Part shown: piece by piece, positions 11,254 through 24,917 of the stretch
Position numbering within the stretch: position 1 is the first letter of the stretch
How the letters are laid out: the number at the start of each line of letters is the position of its first letter
Program-made: the position numbers and the translations under genes
DNA from: Mobula hypostoma
Taxonomy: Eukaryota
Reading direction: 5' to 3'
Assembly: GCF_963921235.1 (NCBI RefSeq)
Contig: NC_086097.1
Location: 135,410,001 to 135,474,000, forward strand
Length of the DNA stretch: 64,000 nucleotides
Notes under the pieces: model-generated
The model's database searches: none
Seen by the model: only the letters and a program-made list of their open reading frames with translations
What the model was told of the DNA's origin: nothing

Positions 11254-12483
11254 TAGTGGTTCCCGCAGTGGGTGATATTGCCTCCAGCTGATTCTGCCAG
11301 CAGTAAAGGAGATTCTTATGATTTTACATAAGATACCAGATACGAAGTGTGAGTCAGTATTTCAGGTTGAGCAATTTTTCAAAGAGGGACATTTTGCTCG
11401 CCAACATTCTTGCTTGTGCAATTGATGGGGCACCATCAATGACAGGACGTCACTATGAGGTTATTGCTTTCTTGAAAAAAAAACTATAACATACTTACCA
11501 TTCACAGACAACATCTTGTTGCAAAAAAAACCTAAGTGATCTGTTGCACAAATCATTAAATACTGTCATCACAGCAGTGAATAAAATCAAGCCCTATGTT
11601 CTCAATTCTTGACTATTTTGAGATTATACTGAGAATGAACAGTCTGTACACTTGCTGTTGCATGTCAGATGGCTCTCAAAAGGAAACTGACACTTTCAGA
11701 AACTAAATTTTTTTGAAGAATCGAATGTTTCAGTAATAACTCAAAAATATTAGGCTGACATTATTTATTTGCAAGGTTTAATGAAATCAATCTTCAAGTG
11801 CAAGGAAGTGTGAACCTTATCAAAGTCAGATCAGTCATCTCCACATTTCTGTCCAAATTAACCCTATTTAAGTGCAGCACTGGCTGTCACAATCTTTTCC
11901 AATTTCCGAGTTGGGGAAAAAAAAGTACCAGATGATGATCTTCAAGCTGAAGCTGAGGTTCAAAAAAAATCAAAGACTTTGAATGCTATCCTGCGCTGTG
12001 GAAAAAGGTCAAGATGTTCTTTATTGCCTTTCCAGCATCATATTTCATGGAGCATGGTTTCAGTGCAGTCGCCAAACTTTTTTCAAAACAATGAAACAAA
12101 GAGCAAGTAACTTTACTTGGGGATCTGAAATTCCTTGAGTGACAGTCTGTCTAAAGTTGAGAAGCTTTTATCACTACACTAAGCATACCTCTCTCATTGA
12201 AAAGTGAAAAGGAAATAAAGTTGTGAACAGTTGGCTACCAATGTACATGAAAACTGTCGATGAAAATGGTATTTACTATAATTAACTATTTGTAGCTTTA
12301 CATAGTTGCAAAAATATTCAAATCTATTTCTCACTGCATTTGCAGTTCCTATTTACTTTCACTGTGTACCATAAATCGAAATTCTTAATAGTTTTTATGT
12401 ACTGGCCGAAAGGGAGAGCGGGTCACTGGGGATGTGGTCTGGGAGCCAAGGAGGCGGTAACCAAAAAAGTCTGGGAACAACTG
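11254..12483 (+). mobile_element. Internally deleted hAT (Buster/Charlie-type) DNA transposon
   Basis: TIRs TAGTGGTTCCC...GGGAACAACTG. Transposase remnants CAIDGAPSMTG, IHRQHLVAK, LLHVRWLSKG and FPASYFMEHGFS. Degenerate 8-bp flanks GTCTATGG/ACCTGTGG. Confidence 0.85.
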
Positions 12484-13911
12484 ACCTGTGGTCTTACTTC
12501 ACAAGTACAACACCTGAGGTTAAGATCAAACCCAGGTCTTGTTATCTAATTACCTCTGTGCTACCCACCTTTACAATGGCAATTTGGAAAAGTGAGAGCA
12601 CGGTACACAAAGTGGAAAATGTCACACATTTTGATGCAATTGCAACTAAGCTTTAAGCTGATTGACGTAGAAGAACAAGACATGGCTGTGCTGCTATTCA
12701 CTCCAAGTAAACAACCCAAGTCACATTGGGTCTTAATACACAAGAAAAACAGTTTTCAATTTATTTCTTTGAAAAGGATTCTGTGCACTTTCCAAATGTA
12801 ACAAATTTTTAACCATTGTTGTCAGCCAATACGTTCACAGAACTATCAGCAAGCAGGAGAAGATGGAAAAGGGAGTTTTAATTACTGTTTTATTCACAAA
12901 TTATTAAAAATAATAAATATGATAAAATATTTAGAATAGAAATGCTGAACATTTAAGTGTATGAATAGTGAACTGGTTATTTTCTCTCTACTAGTTAGTG
13001 GATCATGCAGGACATATAAAAGAAAGTCTATATTTCTGGTAACAGTATTCAGGAAAAGTCACAAAAGCAACTTGAACATTTTACAGTCAGTTGTACATCA
13101 CAGATACAGACCCTGCTGTCCACTTGACCACAATCCCTATTCTATGTGTTAATTCCATTTGCCTGCGTTCCATAACTCCTTTCCTATTGCAGCACCCATC
13201 CAAATAAGTTTTAACATTGTAATTGTAACCATCTACAGCTTCCTTTGGCAGTTCAACACACACACCATCATATGTGAAAAATCTTTAAATTTCTCCCCTT
13301 TCACCTTAAACATAGATTCACATCCCCTGAACCAAGAAAAAAGCAAGACTATCTATGCCTTTCAATTTTATACACCACTGTTATCCCTCAATCTACATTC
13401 CAGTCAGAATAAACGGAACCTATCTTATCTCTTGTTATATCTTTAGGTGCTAAAATTAATTCCAAAGAAATTGAGTATCAAAATAGATTTGCACAAGGTA
13501 ACAGTGTGGATCAATAAAAGGATTGGTACATTTGAACAGGTAAATTTCATTTAGCTGTGTTCAAAATGCTTGAAAAATGCAATAAAGGTATGACTAAACC
13601 AAATGCAGATGAATATATATTGACAATGACAAAAGAATAGTTTACTTCACAATGAATTAAATCACTTACTGTGTAGCAGAAACTTACACAAGGGATAAAT
13701 TTTATATCTCAATGATCTTTGCAGGATTTATGTACTGACCGCAATTAAAAACATAGGAAAAAGACTTAAGTTCTCCTGCTTTGAAATTTATGCATGATTA
13801 TAATTCACTTTAACAATAATACTTTTGTCTGACATTTTGTGCTAATTAAGACAAAGATTGCAGGATTATGAATGACAACTTTTTTCCTCTGGAGTCAATT
13901 GCAAACATTTA

Positions 13912-14200
13912 CACTCAGTGGCCACTTTATTAAGTACACCTGTTTTTTAATGCAAATATCTAATCAGCTAATGATGTGGCTGCAATTTAATGCATAAAAC
14001 TTGCAGGTTGTTGTTGTTCAGACCAATCAGAATAGGGAAGAAATGTGATCGAAGTGACTTTGATCATGGAATGATAGTTGGTGCCAGACAGGGTGGTTTG
14101 AGCATCTTGGAAACTACTGATCTGCTAGGGTTTTCATGCACAACAGTCTCTAGAATTTACAGAGAATGGTGCACAAAAACAAACAAAAAAAATCCAGCAA
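13912..14200 (+). mobile_element. Tc1/mariner left-end fragment
   Basis: TA followed by the TIR CACTCAGTGGCCACTTTATTAAGTACACC. Paired-like HTH remnant SDFDHGMIVGARQGGLSILETTDLLGFSCTTVSRIYREW. No right TIR seen. Confidence 0.75.
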
Positions 14201-15439
14201 ACTATACTCAGACAACTAATATTGATAGGGGTGTGCAGTTTCAAAATATGCCTGTGAAAATGCAAGGTATCGTTCACCTTGGCCAAGGCTCTTTCACCAC
14301 ATACTTAAAATAATTGAGACCTTTACTGTCCAAGATATAAAGGGTGGCCATATGGGGAACACTAACATGAGGGGTCAATGTCGTCTCACCCTGGAAAATA
14401 TCTGACTCTAAATCTCTGAAGTCCTTACTTAATCACACTGCAGGGAGAAAGACCTTCAACATATGGACAACATTAGTTCAAGAATGTGATTCATCACCTT
14501 CTTGGGTGTAATTAGGAATAATGATTAAAACCCAACTACAATTGATGTTGAAATGCAAATTGCTTGGGAACACAGAACTACAGTGGCAGTTATATTACTT
14601 GATTAGAATTCATTAATGTACAGACACAGCATGAACAATATCAACCCAGAGACATGTTCAAATGTCGACTTGGCAGAGTAATTAAGTCATTCTGCATCGA
14701 GAAGCTAATATCATTTATGGTCATTATTAAATTACTGGATTGTCAAGAAGAAAAGAATGGTTCCCCAATGAGAAGGTGAGCATCCACCATCCTTAACCTG
14801 CCAAGGTTATATGTGACTCTAGTAACCATCAGTGCAGATAGTGGTCCCTCTACAGTCGGGGAAAATTGTACAGCATAATAGACATTGACCTTATCTGTGA
14901 TGTTCCATGAAACAAAGCAAAACTACACTACAAACAGTGCCCAACATCAGATTAACAACTAGCGAGGATGTGCACAAGCTTTTAATCAGTTAATACCGAG
15001 TTTAGTAAACATAATCCAAATAGAAATAAAAGTCAAAGCCGTTATTAAGGTAATAAGGCAATATAATCTTTTCTTACCTTTTTATTGGAGTTACTGCAGT
15101 CATATACAATACCATCTCACCTGCACAATTCATACATCCTTGGACTAGCAGTAGATCCAACTTGTTCTATTTACAATTAATCAGTAAAGTTTTCTTTCAT
15201 TTGATTGGTTTAAGGTTTGGTAACCCAGCCAATAAAATTAAGGCAGTCCAGTGCAGCAGCCATTTTGAGATGGGCTGCTGTCTGGTCAAAGTGCTGTTGG
15301 TTGTCCAGGTGTGGGCTTTGGTGAATGCTATGCTTCAGCAAGGAAGGCAAACAGCACCAGGGTGGTGGTTTTCTACTACTTCTTAAGCTGATCAGATTTC
15401 TCCCCTCAAAGCTTGTAGTCATGGCAGGTGAACTTTGAG

Positions 15440-18135
15440 CTGTGTCATTCCCCTCCTGTGCAATGTTGAGACTCAGGAAGGCTGCCAGAGTCTCTGATGA
15501 CTACGTGTAGTAAGTGCATCAAGCTGAAGCTCATCACAGTCCGCATGACGGCACGGAAGCTGTGCACGGGTCCACTGGTCACACTGCAGCCTAAAGATCT
15601 AAAGGAAGATAGGAAGTGTTTGACCAACAGGAGGAGCAGTTGCAGTAAGGTAGTGGAAGAATCTATTGCAGCTATCTCCCTTCAAAACAGATATATGTGG
15701 GGGTGGGGGGGGGGGAGGAGGGAGATGGCTCATCTTGGGAAGGCTGTAGCTAAGATATTAGTGGCTCTGCTGTACAAGAGGGCATGAAAGAATGGCAGAG
15801 CTATAGTGGTAGGAGATTCCATAGTAAAGGGAATAGACAGGAGCTTTTGAGGCCACAAACAGGATTTCTGGTTGATACATTGCCTACCACGGATGTCTCG
15901 GAGTGACATTCTAAAAAAAGGGAGGGTGAAGAGCTAGTTGTCAGTCTGCATGTCGCTGCCAATGATATAGGGAAGAAAAAAGCAGGGTGTGCTGCTACAC
16001 GCTGAATTTTGGGAACTAGGAGAAAATTTTTTAAAAGGACCTCAAATAGAATTATCTCAGAACTGCTACCTGTGCCCATGCTGGTCAGACTGGGAATGGC
16101 AGAGTAGCTAGGGTGATTATGTGGCTTGAGCAGTTTTCAGATCCCTGGGGCATTGCAGTTGGTTCTGCAGGAGGTGGAATCAACACAAACCAGACACTCT
16201 GCACCCGGGCAGGGCTGGGATCAGTATCCTAAGGGGATTGTTTTCTGGCAGAGGGAATGGGAATCCATGCAGAAAGGCAGAGGTATGCATTGCAGAAAAC
16301 CTACAGCACAATACTGGCCCTTCAGCCCACGATGCTGTGCCAAACAGGTACTGTACTTACTTTAGAAATTACCTAGGGTTACCCATAGCCCTCCACTTTT
16401 CTAAGCTCCATGTACTAAACGTTTAAAGAAAAGTGAGGATGGAGTATAGAAAACTCAGATGCAAAAGACAAGGACTTCATAGAATGCATCTGTGACCTTT
16501 CTTGAACATCATGTCATTAAACCTACGAGAGAACATGTAGACTTAAATCTGGTCCTTCAACCTACAACCACTATATTATACCTAAACAAGGGAGATGACA
16601 AAGGTATCGGGGGGGGGGTTAGCTAACATAGTAACATAGATTGGGAACAGGGGCTATATGCGGGCCAGTTGATGAACAATGGAAGACTTTTAAATATCTT
16701 TTAGAGCTAAATAAAAGTATATTCTGGTCAAAAGCAAGGACTGAAAGTGTGGGGAGAGCCAGTCTTGGAAAACTAAGGAAATAAAGGAAGGCATACAAAG
16801 TCACCAAGAGTAGTGAGAAACTGGAATAATGGGAAAATTCAAAGAGCAACAAAAAAAAACACCAAGTAAAAGATAGATTATACTAGCACAAAATATAAAA
16901 ACATAGTAAACGTTTTACAATTATATAAAGCAGAAAAGGGTGCCTAAAGTGAATGTAGGTCCCTCAAAGACAAGAAGGATGAATTAATATTGGATAATGT
17001 GGAAATAATCGAGGCTTCCAACAAATGTTTTGTATTAGTCTTCATGTCTGACATGTCAAAGGAAAATGTTATTGATGTGATGGAGAATAAGGCCATCTTA
17101 GAGAGGTACTGCTGAGCTACCTAGTGGGCCTAAAGGTAGGGAAGTCCCTTGGTCCTGATGACAGTGTACTGAAAGAAGTAGTGGAAATCATAACAGAGGT
17201 GTTTGTAATAATTTACCAAAAGTCACTGCATTCTGAACAAGTCCCAGCAGATTGGAAGACAGTGTTTAAAAAGAGGATGTAGGCAGAAGGCTGATTAGCA
17301 TGACATCTGTAGGTAGAAAAACGCTTGAAGGTATCATTAAGGATGAAATCATGAGAAATCTAGATTGAAATGGTTTCATCAGCAGACGTTACATGGATTT
17401 TGGAAGGGTAGGTCCTGTCTGACAAACTTATTGGAATTATTTGAGGAAGTGCAGGGCAAGTGCAGTGGATAAAGGGGAAATACAGAAGGATGTGGTATAC
17501 CTGCATTTCCAGAGGGCATTCAATAATGCTGCAAGACTTATCCAACAGGTTATCAAGGCAGCAAAATAATGTTGGCCTTCACTGCTAGAGGGACTGAATT
17601 TAAAAGCAGGGGGGTTATGCCGCAACTGCTGAGGCTACACATGAAGTACTGCATTCTGATCATTTTACTTGAAGAAAGACATACTGGCTTTGGAGCAATT
17701 CAGAGGACATTCACCATGGTGATTCTGGAGATGAGGGGTTAGCCTGTGAATATACTCACTGAATTCAGAAGAATGAGGGAATCCTATTGATCCCTTTCAT
17801 AATTTTACATGTTTCTGTAAGACAGAGACAGGAAGGTTAGGGGACATGGCCTCAAGATTCAGGGAAATAGATCTAGAATGGAAATGAGAAAGAAGTGCTT
17901 TTCCCAGAGATGAGTGAATCTGTGGAATTCTCTGCCAAGGGAAACAGTCGAGGCTACTTCATTAAATATATTTTAAGACACAGATAGACTTTTGTAGAGT
18001 AGGGGAATTAAGGTTTACGAGGAAGAAGTGGATAAGGTGGAGATGAGTCCACAGCAGATTAGCCATGATGGTAATGAATGGCGAAGTAGACTCGACAGGC
18101 ACTTGGGCTACTCCTGCTCCTATTTCTTTGTTCTC
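15440..18135 (+). mobile_element. Old, internally deleted CR1 LINE (ORF1 plus ORF2 remnants plus 3' UTR)
   Basis: ORF1 CxKC and GDS remnants, KSLGPD and GRSCLTNLLELFEEV in ORF2, and a CR1 3' UTR. A reverse CR1 tail is nested at about 16290-16425. Confidence 0.8.
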
Positions 18136-18235
18136 CATTTACAAGCATCTCCAAAGGATGGCACATCTTCATTCAAAGGAAAACTTTGATAATTTCTTAG
18201 ATTCCTGAAGGAAGCAAAGGGATGATTACTAAATC

Positions 18236-18366
18236 TTCCTGAAGAAGGGCCTCGGCCTGAAACGCTGACTGTTTATTCATTTCCATTGATGCTGCCTGGC
18301 CTGCTAAGTTCCTTCACCATTTTGTGTGTGTGCTTTGGATTTCCAGCATCTGCAGAATTTCTCGTG
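18236..18366 (+). mobile_element. Solo PLE pseudo-LTR with a mutated hammerhead and tail
   Basis: CTGAAGAAGGGCCTCGGCCTGAAACGCTGACTG...TTTCCAGCATCTGCAGAATT. Confidence 0.8.
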
Positions 18367-18904
18367 GGATGAATAGTAAGCTTGGAAGTGCTGGTTTAGG
18401 TCTTGCAACTTCACAATAACTATATTTTATAATGAAAACTAAAATACATGTTTGTACAAAATCAAATAATTGAAACAAATTGTGTAATAGCAGAATTTTA
18501 AAAAAATAGTTGGCCCTCATAATAACACACATGATAAAAAAAGTCTAAACTAATAGCAGCTGCAGTCAATCAGCTGGGATGGTTGTTAATAAAACACATG
18601 CAGATTTAATGTGCATAATAAATTAAGTGACATTCTATTAAATATAACTATTTGGGGCCACTAGCAGAGTTTGTTATTAAATCACAGTGTAATCACATTC
18701 ATTGTTCTTTGATGTATTAGGCTATATTATTTTCACATCTTTAACTGTAACTTAGCAATTTTAAAAGGGGCAGGATTATTTTTCCAGTGTAACTTTTAAC
18801 TCTCACCTGTCCAATTTTTAAATATATGCCACAATGCTTTTCCATTTTTTTTTTGCAATTAATCCCACACTCTAATTAAACCGAACCCTTCGGGGTAGAG
18901 TGGA

Positions 18905-19705
18905 CAGGACAGCAAGGAAGTCCATCAAAGCTTGAAGTGTGATCTGGACCAGCTAGGAAAATGGACTGGGAGAAAAAAGGGCAGATGGAATTTAATGCAG
19001 ACAAGTATGATGTGTTGCACTTTGGGAGACAAACCAGGGTAAGACTTGCACAGTGCATGATAGGCTCTGAGCTGTGCTACAGAACAAAGGGACCTGGGAA
19101 TGCAGATCCATAACTCCTTTGAAGCTGCATCATAGGTAGGATTGTAAAGAGCTTCTGGCACATTGACCTTCATAAATCAAGACACCGAGTACAGAAGACA
19201 GGATGAACATGGCATCGTTGAGGCCAAATTTAGAGTACCATATACAGTTCTGGTCACCTACCTACAGGAAACGATCAATAAGCTTGAAAGAGTGCGGAGA
19301 ACATTTACATGGACGTTGCTATGATTTGAATGCAAGATTTAGGGAAAGGTTGAAAAGGAGTGCAGGAAAATGAGGGGAAATCTAATGGATGTGTACAAAA
19401 TTAGCAGGGAATATAGATATTGTGAATACATGCAGGCATTTTCCCCTCAGGTTGGCAGAGACTAGAATTAGAAGTAATTGGTTTAGAGTAAAATGTTAAA
19501 AGTTTAAGGGGAGTCTGAGCGGAACTGCTTCACATCACTTGAGGGGGCAGTGTGGGTGTAGAATGAACGGCCATTGGAAGGGTAGATGTGGGTTCAATTA
19601 ACATTTAAGAGAAGTTTGTATAGGTACATGGATGGGAAGAGTTTGTTGCAATGTGATCCAGGTGCAAGTAGATGGGCCAAAGAGCTTGTTTCCATGCTAT
19701 AGTAC
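18905..19705 (+). mobile_element. CR1 LINE 3' fragment
   Basis: QMEFNADKYDVLHFG, RPNLEY.IQFWSP and downstream CR1 motifs. Confidence 0.75.
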
Positions 19706-20339
19706 CCTGAATACAAAAAGCCACCCCTTGCAAGTGGCTGTTTAGAGTTCTCGACTGAAATGTGATTACTTTCCCTTTGCAATGTTACTTAATCAGACAA
19801 TAACAAGGATGGAGATTGAATTCATGACTGAGACCTTGAATGAGTTAATAGAATTATAGAAAACACAAGAGAACAGGCAAATTAAGCCTCTCAAGCCTGC
19901 CCCATCATTCAATTTGATGATGACGGTTGATTAACACTGTTCACAACTCCTCTTCTGTGACATTTCCCTCGTCTTTCAAAAATTCATCTGCCTCTACCTT
20001 AAAAACCTGTCATCTGGTCTCCACACCCTCTGGGATGAAGAATTCCAGAGATTCACTAACTTCTGTGGAAAGAAATTTCTATGGCATCTGTTTTGAATGA
20101 GCAGTCTCTTATCTTGCAGTGATCCTAGACAGTAATCAGGATAGAATTTGAATTCATCATTGCCATGCAAGTTGAGGTCTTATGGGAGATCACAAAGTCA
20201 GATGTGTGCCTTTCAGCAGCTGTTAACAGCATAAACCCATCTGTCCAACTCCAAAAATCTAACTCAGACACTGCCAATAAGTCTCCCAAACTTTGATAGC
20301 GACTAGAATGACAACAAAAATGCAAACCGGGGACAACAC

Positions 20340-21072
20340 AGTTTATTTTCTGAATATGCAATTTTGCAAAAGATAGGAAACAAGTTACTGCAACTTTAAT
20401 GATATCATACTGACATAAATAAGTCAATATTGCACATCTCTAGCTGAGTGAAGCTGGCTAGAGCAGTTTGCATTCCATTATAAATGTAGCCTCTTACAAT
20501 AAAAAGCTGCTAACAATAATGTGCTTGTTAAATATTTTCTTCCTGCCATTTTGTATGTCAGAGATCAAAAGATGTCAAAAGATTCAGTCTCTCAGTCCTC
20601 CTTGATCTGGAGGTCCAGACTTTTTTTATTATTTACTTCTAGTTGTGAAGTAGTGACAGTAAAAGATGCCAAAACAACAGCCTGATAGTGGTTACTAAAT
20701 CTAAAAAAAAACAAGAGGGCGCAAAGAACAGACCCTGATCTGTAAAGTTAACTCTCACCAATTATAAATGTAATAAAATTCCTAAATTGTACAAATCTGT
20801 TCAAAAACAGAAAAAAGATATTTACAAAGACCCTTTTGATTGCAGTAGTAGTAAAACTTTGGCACTGTGGATAGAATTGAATCTCTCACTTTCAGAAAGA
20901 TACTTGTACAGTAAGTCAGTCTTTCATTCCGTCTCTCTTTGCTGTTTCACACAATACAGAGCGCGAGACAAAGCCTCAGTTACTTTCTTTGCATCATAGA
21001 GAATAGAAATGGTAGTTGTAGTTTTCTTTAGACACGTTGCTATGTGCGTCAGTTATTTTCTCATTTGGTTTT
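20340..21072 (-). other. ZHX2: ZHX2 terminal non-coding (3' UTR) exon; 3' end uncertain
   Basis: Strong acceptor TCTCTTTTGTTTTCTCCTTTGCAG| with AG at 21074-21073. Repeat-free, U-rich sequence follows. AATAAA on the - strand at 20347-20342 is one candidate end. Confidence 0.65.
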
Positions 21073-22319
21073 CTGCAAAGGAGAAAACAAAAGAGATGTT
21101 ACATACTTTAACTAAAGACAAACCCTACCAAACATAATCACACCAGAGTTGCAAATCACTTGCCCTGGGATCGGTTTTTCACCTCTTCTGCCAACTTGTG
21201 TAACTTAATCTCATTTTGACCTTGAAGCATTCACTGCCTCTCTTGCCAGAGATACTACTTGACCTGCTAAAAATCACCGGCAATTTTGTTTGTTTGTTTC
21301 GGTTTTAGTTTTAGATTGCCACTTTGTTCAATTTTCTCCTTCATTCCTTTTCAAGATCCTTGTGAAGGGCCTTGGTCCTCCAGGACACATTATTCTTTAT
21401 GTGCCTTGTAAACTACCTGGTTCCAAATGCACTACAATGGCCAGGTGGCTGAGGAGGAGGAGGAGGATTTCAAGAAAGTACCAGTCTCCATAGTTAAGGA
21501 AGAAGTTTGAAATAACACGGGTTTACTAAATGAATACCCAGGTCGGTGGGTTGTCTGATGAGGTATGGTCACACAGTTTAAGCTTATATCAGTTGGAATG
21601 GTCACACAGTTTAATCAAGTGATTTGATTGAAGCATCCAAGAAGCAGAGGGACTGGGAGAATATGAAGTGGGTATTTAGTGGGAGAAGGTAGAATGACCT
21701 CTCTGCTTTTATACTACATGCCTCAGCGTTGCAGCTTCTACATTACAAGAGTTAATTCCACACCTCCAGCAGCCTGTAGGTCATTGAAGGGAAAAGTTAG
21801 ACGAGAACACAAGGGTGAAGGAAACAGAAAAACATGGTAAGCATGAGGCGGAGGAAAACTGGAAGGAGGATGTAATGCAGCATTTCGGAGACTGGTCAAA
21901 GTTCTTGATAAATATTGACCCAAAAGGGTATTCTACAAAAGGTTGGAGTAATCTTTCCACTAAACATATCCAACTCCTAATTTTGTTTTATTTATATAAA
22001 TTACAACAGCATATCAACAGAAAATTGGTGGCACAGTAGTGCTGTTGGTATGACTGCTATCTCACTGCTCTAGTGAATTGTGTGTGGAGTTTGCACATTC
22101 TCCCTGGGACCACTGGAGTTGAAAAGAATTGATGTTTTGGGTCGAAACCCTACATCAGGAATCTGATGTGCCCCAACAGATGCTGCACAACTCGCTGAGT
22201 TCCTCCAGAAGATCATTTGAGCGAGAATGCTGCACTTTTCTGGAGAAATAACCCTGCATTTTACTGGAAGGTGCTTGAGATTATTTCCTTTGCTCTTTCG
22301 GAGAGTCAGGAGAACACAC

Positions 22320-22875
22320 ACCACCCCTCACTGAGGGGTCAGCAGAGCAAAGGGTGAGTAGCTTCACATTCCTGGGTGTGAACATCGCAGAGAATCTAGC
22401 TTGGGCCCAACACACTGATGTGGGACAAAGACTCATGCAGTGGCTCCGCTTCTTTAGGAGTCTGAGGAGATTTGGACTGCAACCAAAGACTCTTGCAAAC
22501 CTGTAGTGTTCAAAGAAGCATTCAGACTGACTGCATCACAGCGTGGTACGGGGGATCCAATGCATAGGAATCAAAGAAGCTGCAGACTCAGCTACCTCCA
22601 TCATAGGCACAACACTGCCAGAGGACGTCTTCAAGACCAGGTGCATTAATATGGTGGCATCAATCTATAAGGACCCTGAAACACCCAGGACACGCCCTCC
22701 TCTCATTACTACCACCCGAAGGCAGTACAGGAGCTTGAAGGCCCACACTCAGTCCCTGAACATCATTTCATCATTGCTTTTATTTTGCACTATTTTTGTA
22801 ATTTGTAGTAATTTTGTCTTTGCAATGTACTGCTGCTGCCACAAAACCACAAACTTCATGTCAAGTCAGTGATAA
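22320..22875 (+). mobile_element. Rex1/Babar-type LINE 3' remnant
   Basis: SFTFLGVNIAENLAWAQH, CITAWYG and YRSLKAHT remnants. Confidence 0.7.
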
Positions 22876-22879
22876 CAGT

Positions 22880-23108
22880 GGGTGGCACAATGCTTGACAG
22901 TACAAGCAACCCGTGTTCAATTCCCACTGCTGTCTGTAAGCAGGTGGTACGTTCTCCCCGTGACCGTGTGGATTTCCTCCCGCAGTCCAGTTGGTACGTT
23001 AATTGGTCATTGTACATTGTCCCGTGATTAGGCTGGGGTTAAATCGGGGGGTTGCTGTGCAGCATGGCTCGAAGGTCTATTCCGTGCCGCGTCTCAATAA
23101 ATAAATAG
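22880..23108 (+). mobile_element. V-type tRNA-derived SINE
   Basis: GTTCAATTCCC B-box, central GTTCTCCCCGTGACCGTGTGG domain, and (AATA)n tail. Confidence 0.75.
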
Positions 23109-23795
23109 ATAGAGAAATAAAATAGTGGACGTGGCTTCCAGTAGAAAATACTTCTCTGTGAACGTATTCTCCAATTCATTGGCTGATAGTGCTGCCAAGA
23201 GAGCCATTTATAAAAAGTCTGCAGGGAGTTGATGGTAAGTTCTGGAGCTGCATCTGTGCTGTCACACTGTCAGTTTGCAGACTCCAAGTGCTGTGTGTTC
23301 ACCCAGTAGCAAACTTGTCCATGGAGCCAGTGCCTCACAAGCCCGCAATGTGAGCAGACGAGAACAACTCCCAGGAAGCTCATTCTAGTCAGCAGAAATA
23401 TTGAAGTTGTTTTCCAACCTCATTTTCTATCCTTATTATTGTTTTTAACCTACTTCTACTTCAGACAAGCTCCTACCCAAACTGGAGCAGGTGTAGAACC
23501 AACACATGGAGGGGTGAAGGTACCAAAGCAAAATTACATTGCAGTGGCTGCTTGGGAGATCCAAAGTGCTTTACAACTGAAGCAAACATGATATGAATGA
23601 ATTGTTAACAAAGCATTTAAGTATTTCTATTAAGTATTTAAATTATTAATCCAAACATTTTTTTAATATAGGAGTTCAACTTTGTCCCAAGGTTCTGATT
23701 AGTTTTGAATGTTTATGATAGTCACAGACATTCAATCTCTGACATATCACCCACACTTGTGCAAGAGCTATAACTAGCTGTCAAAAATATTTGTG

Positions 23796-23980
23796 GCAAC
23801 ACACAAAGGCACTGGAGGAACTCAGAGGGTCAGGCAACATCGATGAAGGAAAATGGAGTCGATAGGTCTCAGCCCAAAACATCAACTGTCCACTGTTCTT
23901 CAAAATGCTCCCTAACCAACTGAGTTCCTCTAACACTCTGTGTTACTCCAGATTCCAGCAGCAACAGTCTCTTGTGTCTC
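23796..23980. mobile_element. Old, decayed PLE inverted pseudo-LTR hairpin with tail
   Basis: GGAGGAACTCAG...CTGAGTTCCTC inverted arms around GGTCTCAGCCCAAAACATCAACTG. Confidence 0.7.
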
Positions 23981-24906
23981 CAAGAGATTTCTGAGATCTT
24001 TTTTGGCAAGAAAGCCCTGTGCTGTGAAGAGTTTCCTCAGCAGGTTCTGTCTGTAGGGAACCATTGCTATGTAGGGTTAGGTGAACAACAAGCGCAGGGA
24101 ACATTCTGCCCAGTGACTGTACAGAAGCACCCTATAGGCTGAAGCCAGACTTTGGCCTGTACCACTGCACCACAGCTCTGCAAAGCCCAGAGAAAGTATG
24201 ATGGGACCCTTCTTACGCCACCAAAAAACGGTTTCTCACAAATAGAATCCCCAGTACTAACAGGCCATCTCCAGATTACGAACCACCGACTTACTGACAC
24301 CACTACATACAAACCACCTCCCATTATCATACTAAATTCAAAAATCTAACGTATGTACATACATTTGATCCTACAAACAGCAGAACCTGCCCCCCCATTC
24401 GAGTAATTGCTCTTTCTCATCAGTCTTGTGTTTTTGATCCTTTTCTGAACAACATGCTGAGTATAATTACCACAGACTGATTTTTGTGCATCTTCTGACA
24501 TACGAAGACAATCAACTCATTGATGTCTGTAAAAAATGGAATCACTTTGTTAACCAGGGATGGCTCGTGAGTAACACATCATGCATAATTAAGGTCTGGG
24601 CACAACACTATTAGCCACCAGTTGCATGCAGTCCCGAGACTCAATTCTGTTAGTTGTAGTGTAACTGAAGAACAATGGGGACAGTGCCTTACAATTCCTT
24701 TTCAGTACTCGTGACGGAAACAGAGACAGAATTTTACCCCTGAAACCAACGGGCCAACAAGCACTCTGCCCCACGCAATAGCCTGGTCACCAACCCCTCT
24801 CCACCCCCTTCCAAAGTGGGGCTGGCCAAAGGCCCAACAAATCCATTCCCCTGCTCAGAAGACCAAACACATTTAAATCCTGGTGGACAAATTAGGTCAC
24901 AAATTC

Positions 24907-24914
24907 CTTTACCT
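24907..24914 (-). promoter_or_regulatory. ZHX2: Splice donor of the ZHX2 coding exon, 5 nt after the stop codon
   Basis: TAG CTAAG|GTAAAG, so the exon ends at 24913. Confidence 0.7.
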
Positions 24915-24917
24915 TAG

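Noticed and set aside
12560..15200. Extended ZHX2 3' UTR or a third gene between DERL1 and ZHX2
   Set aside because: AT-rich with minus-strand AATAAA motifs (about 12888 and 15081), but no coding signal or splice evidence; cannot be supported from sequence alone.
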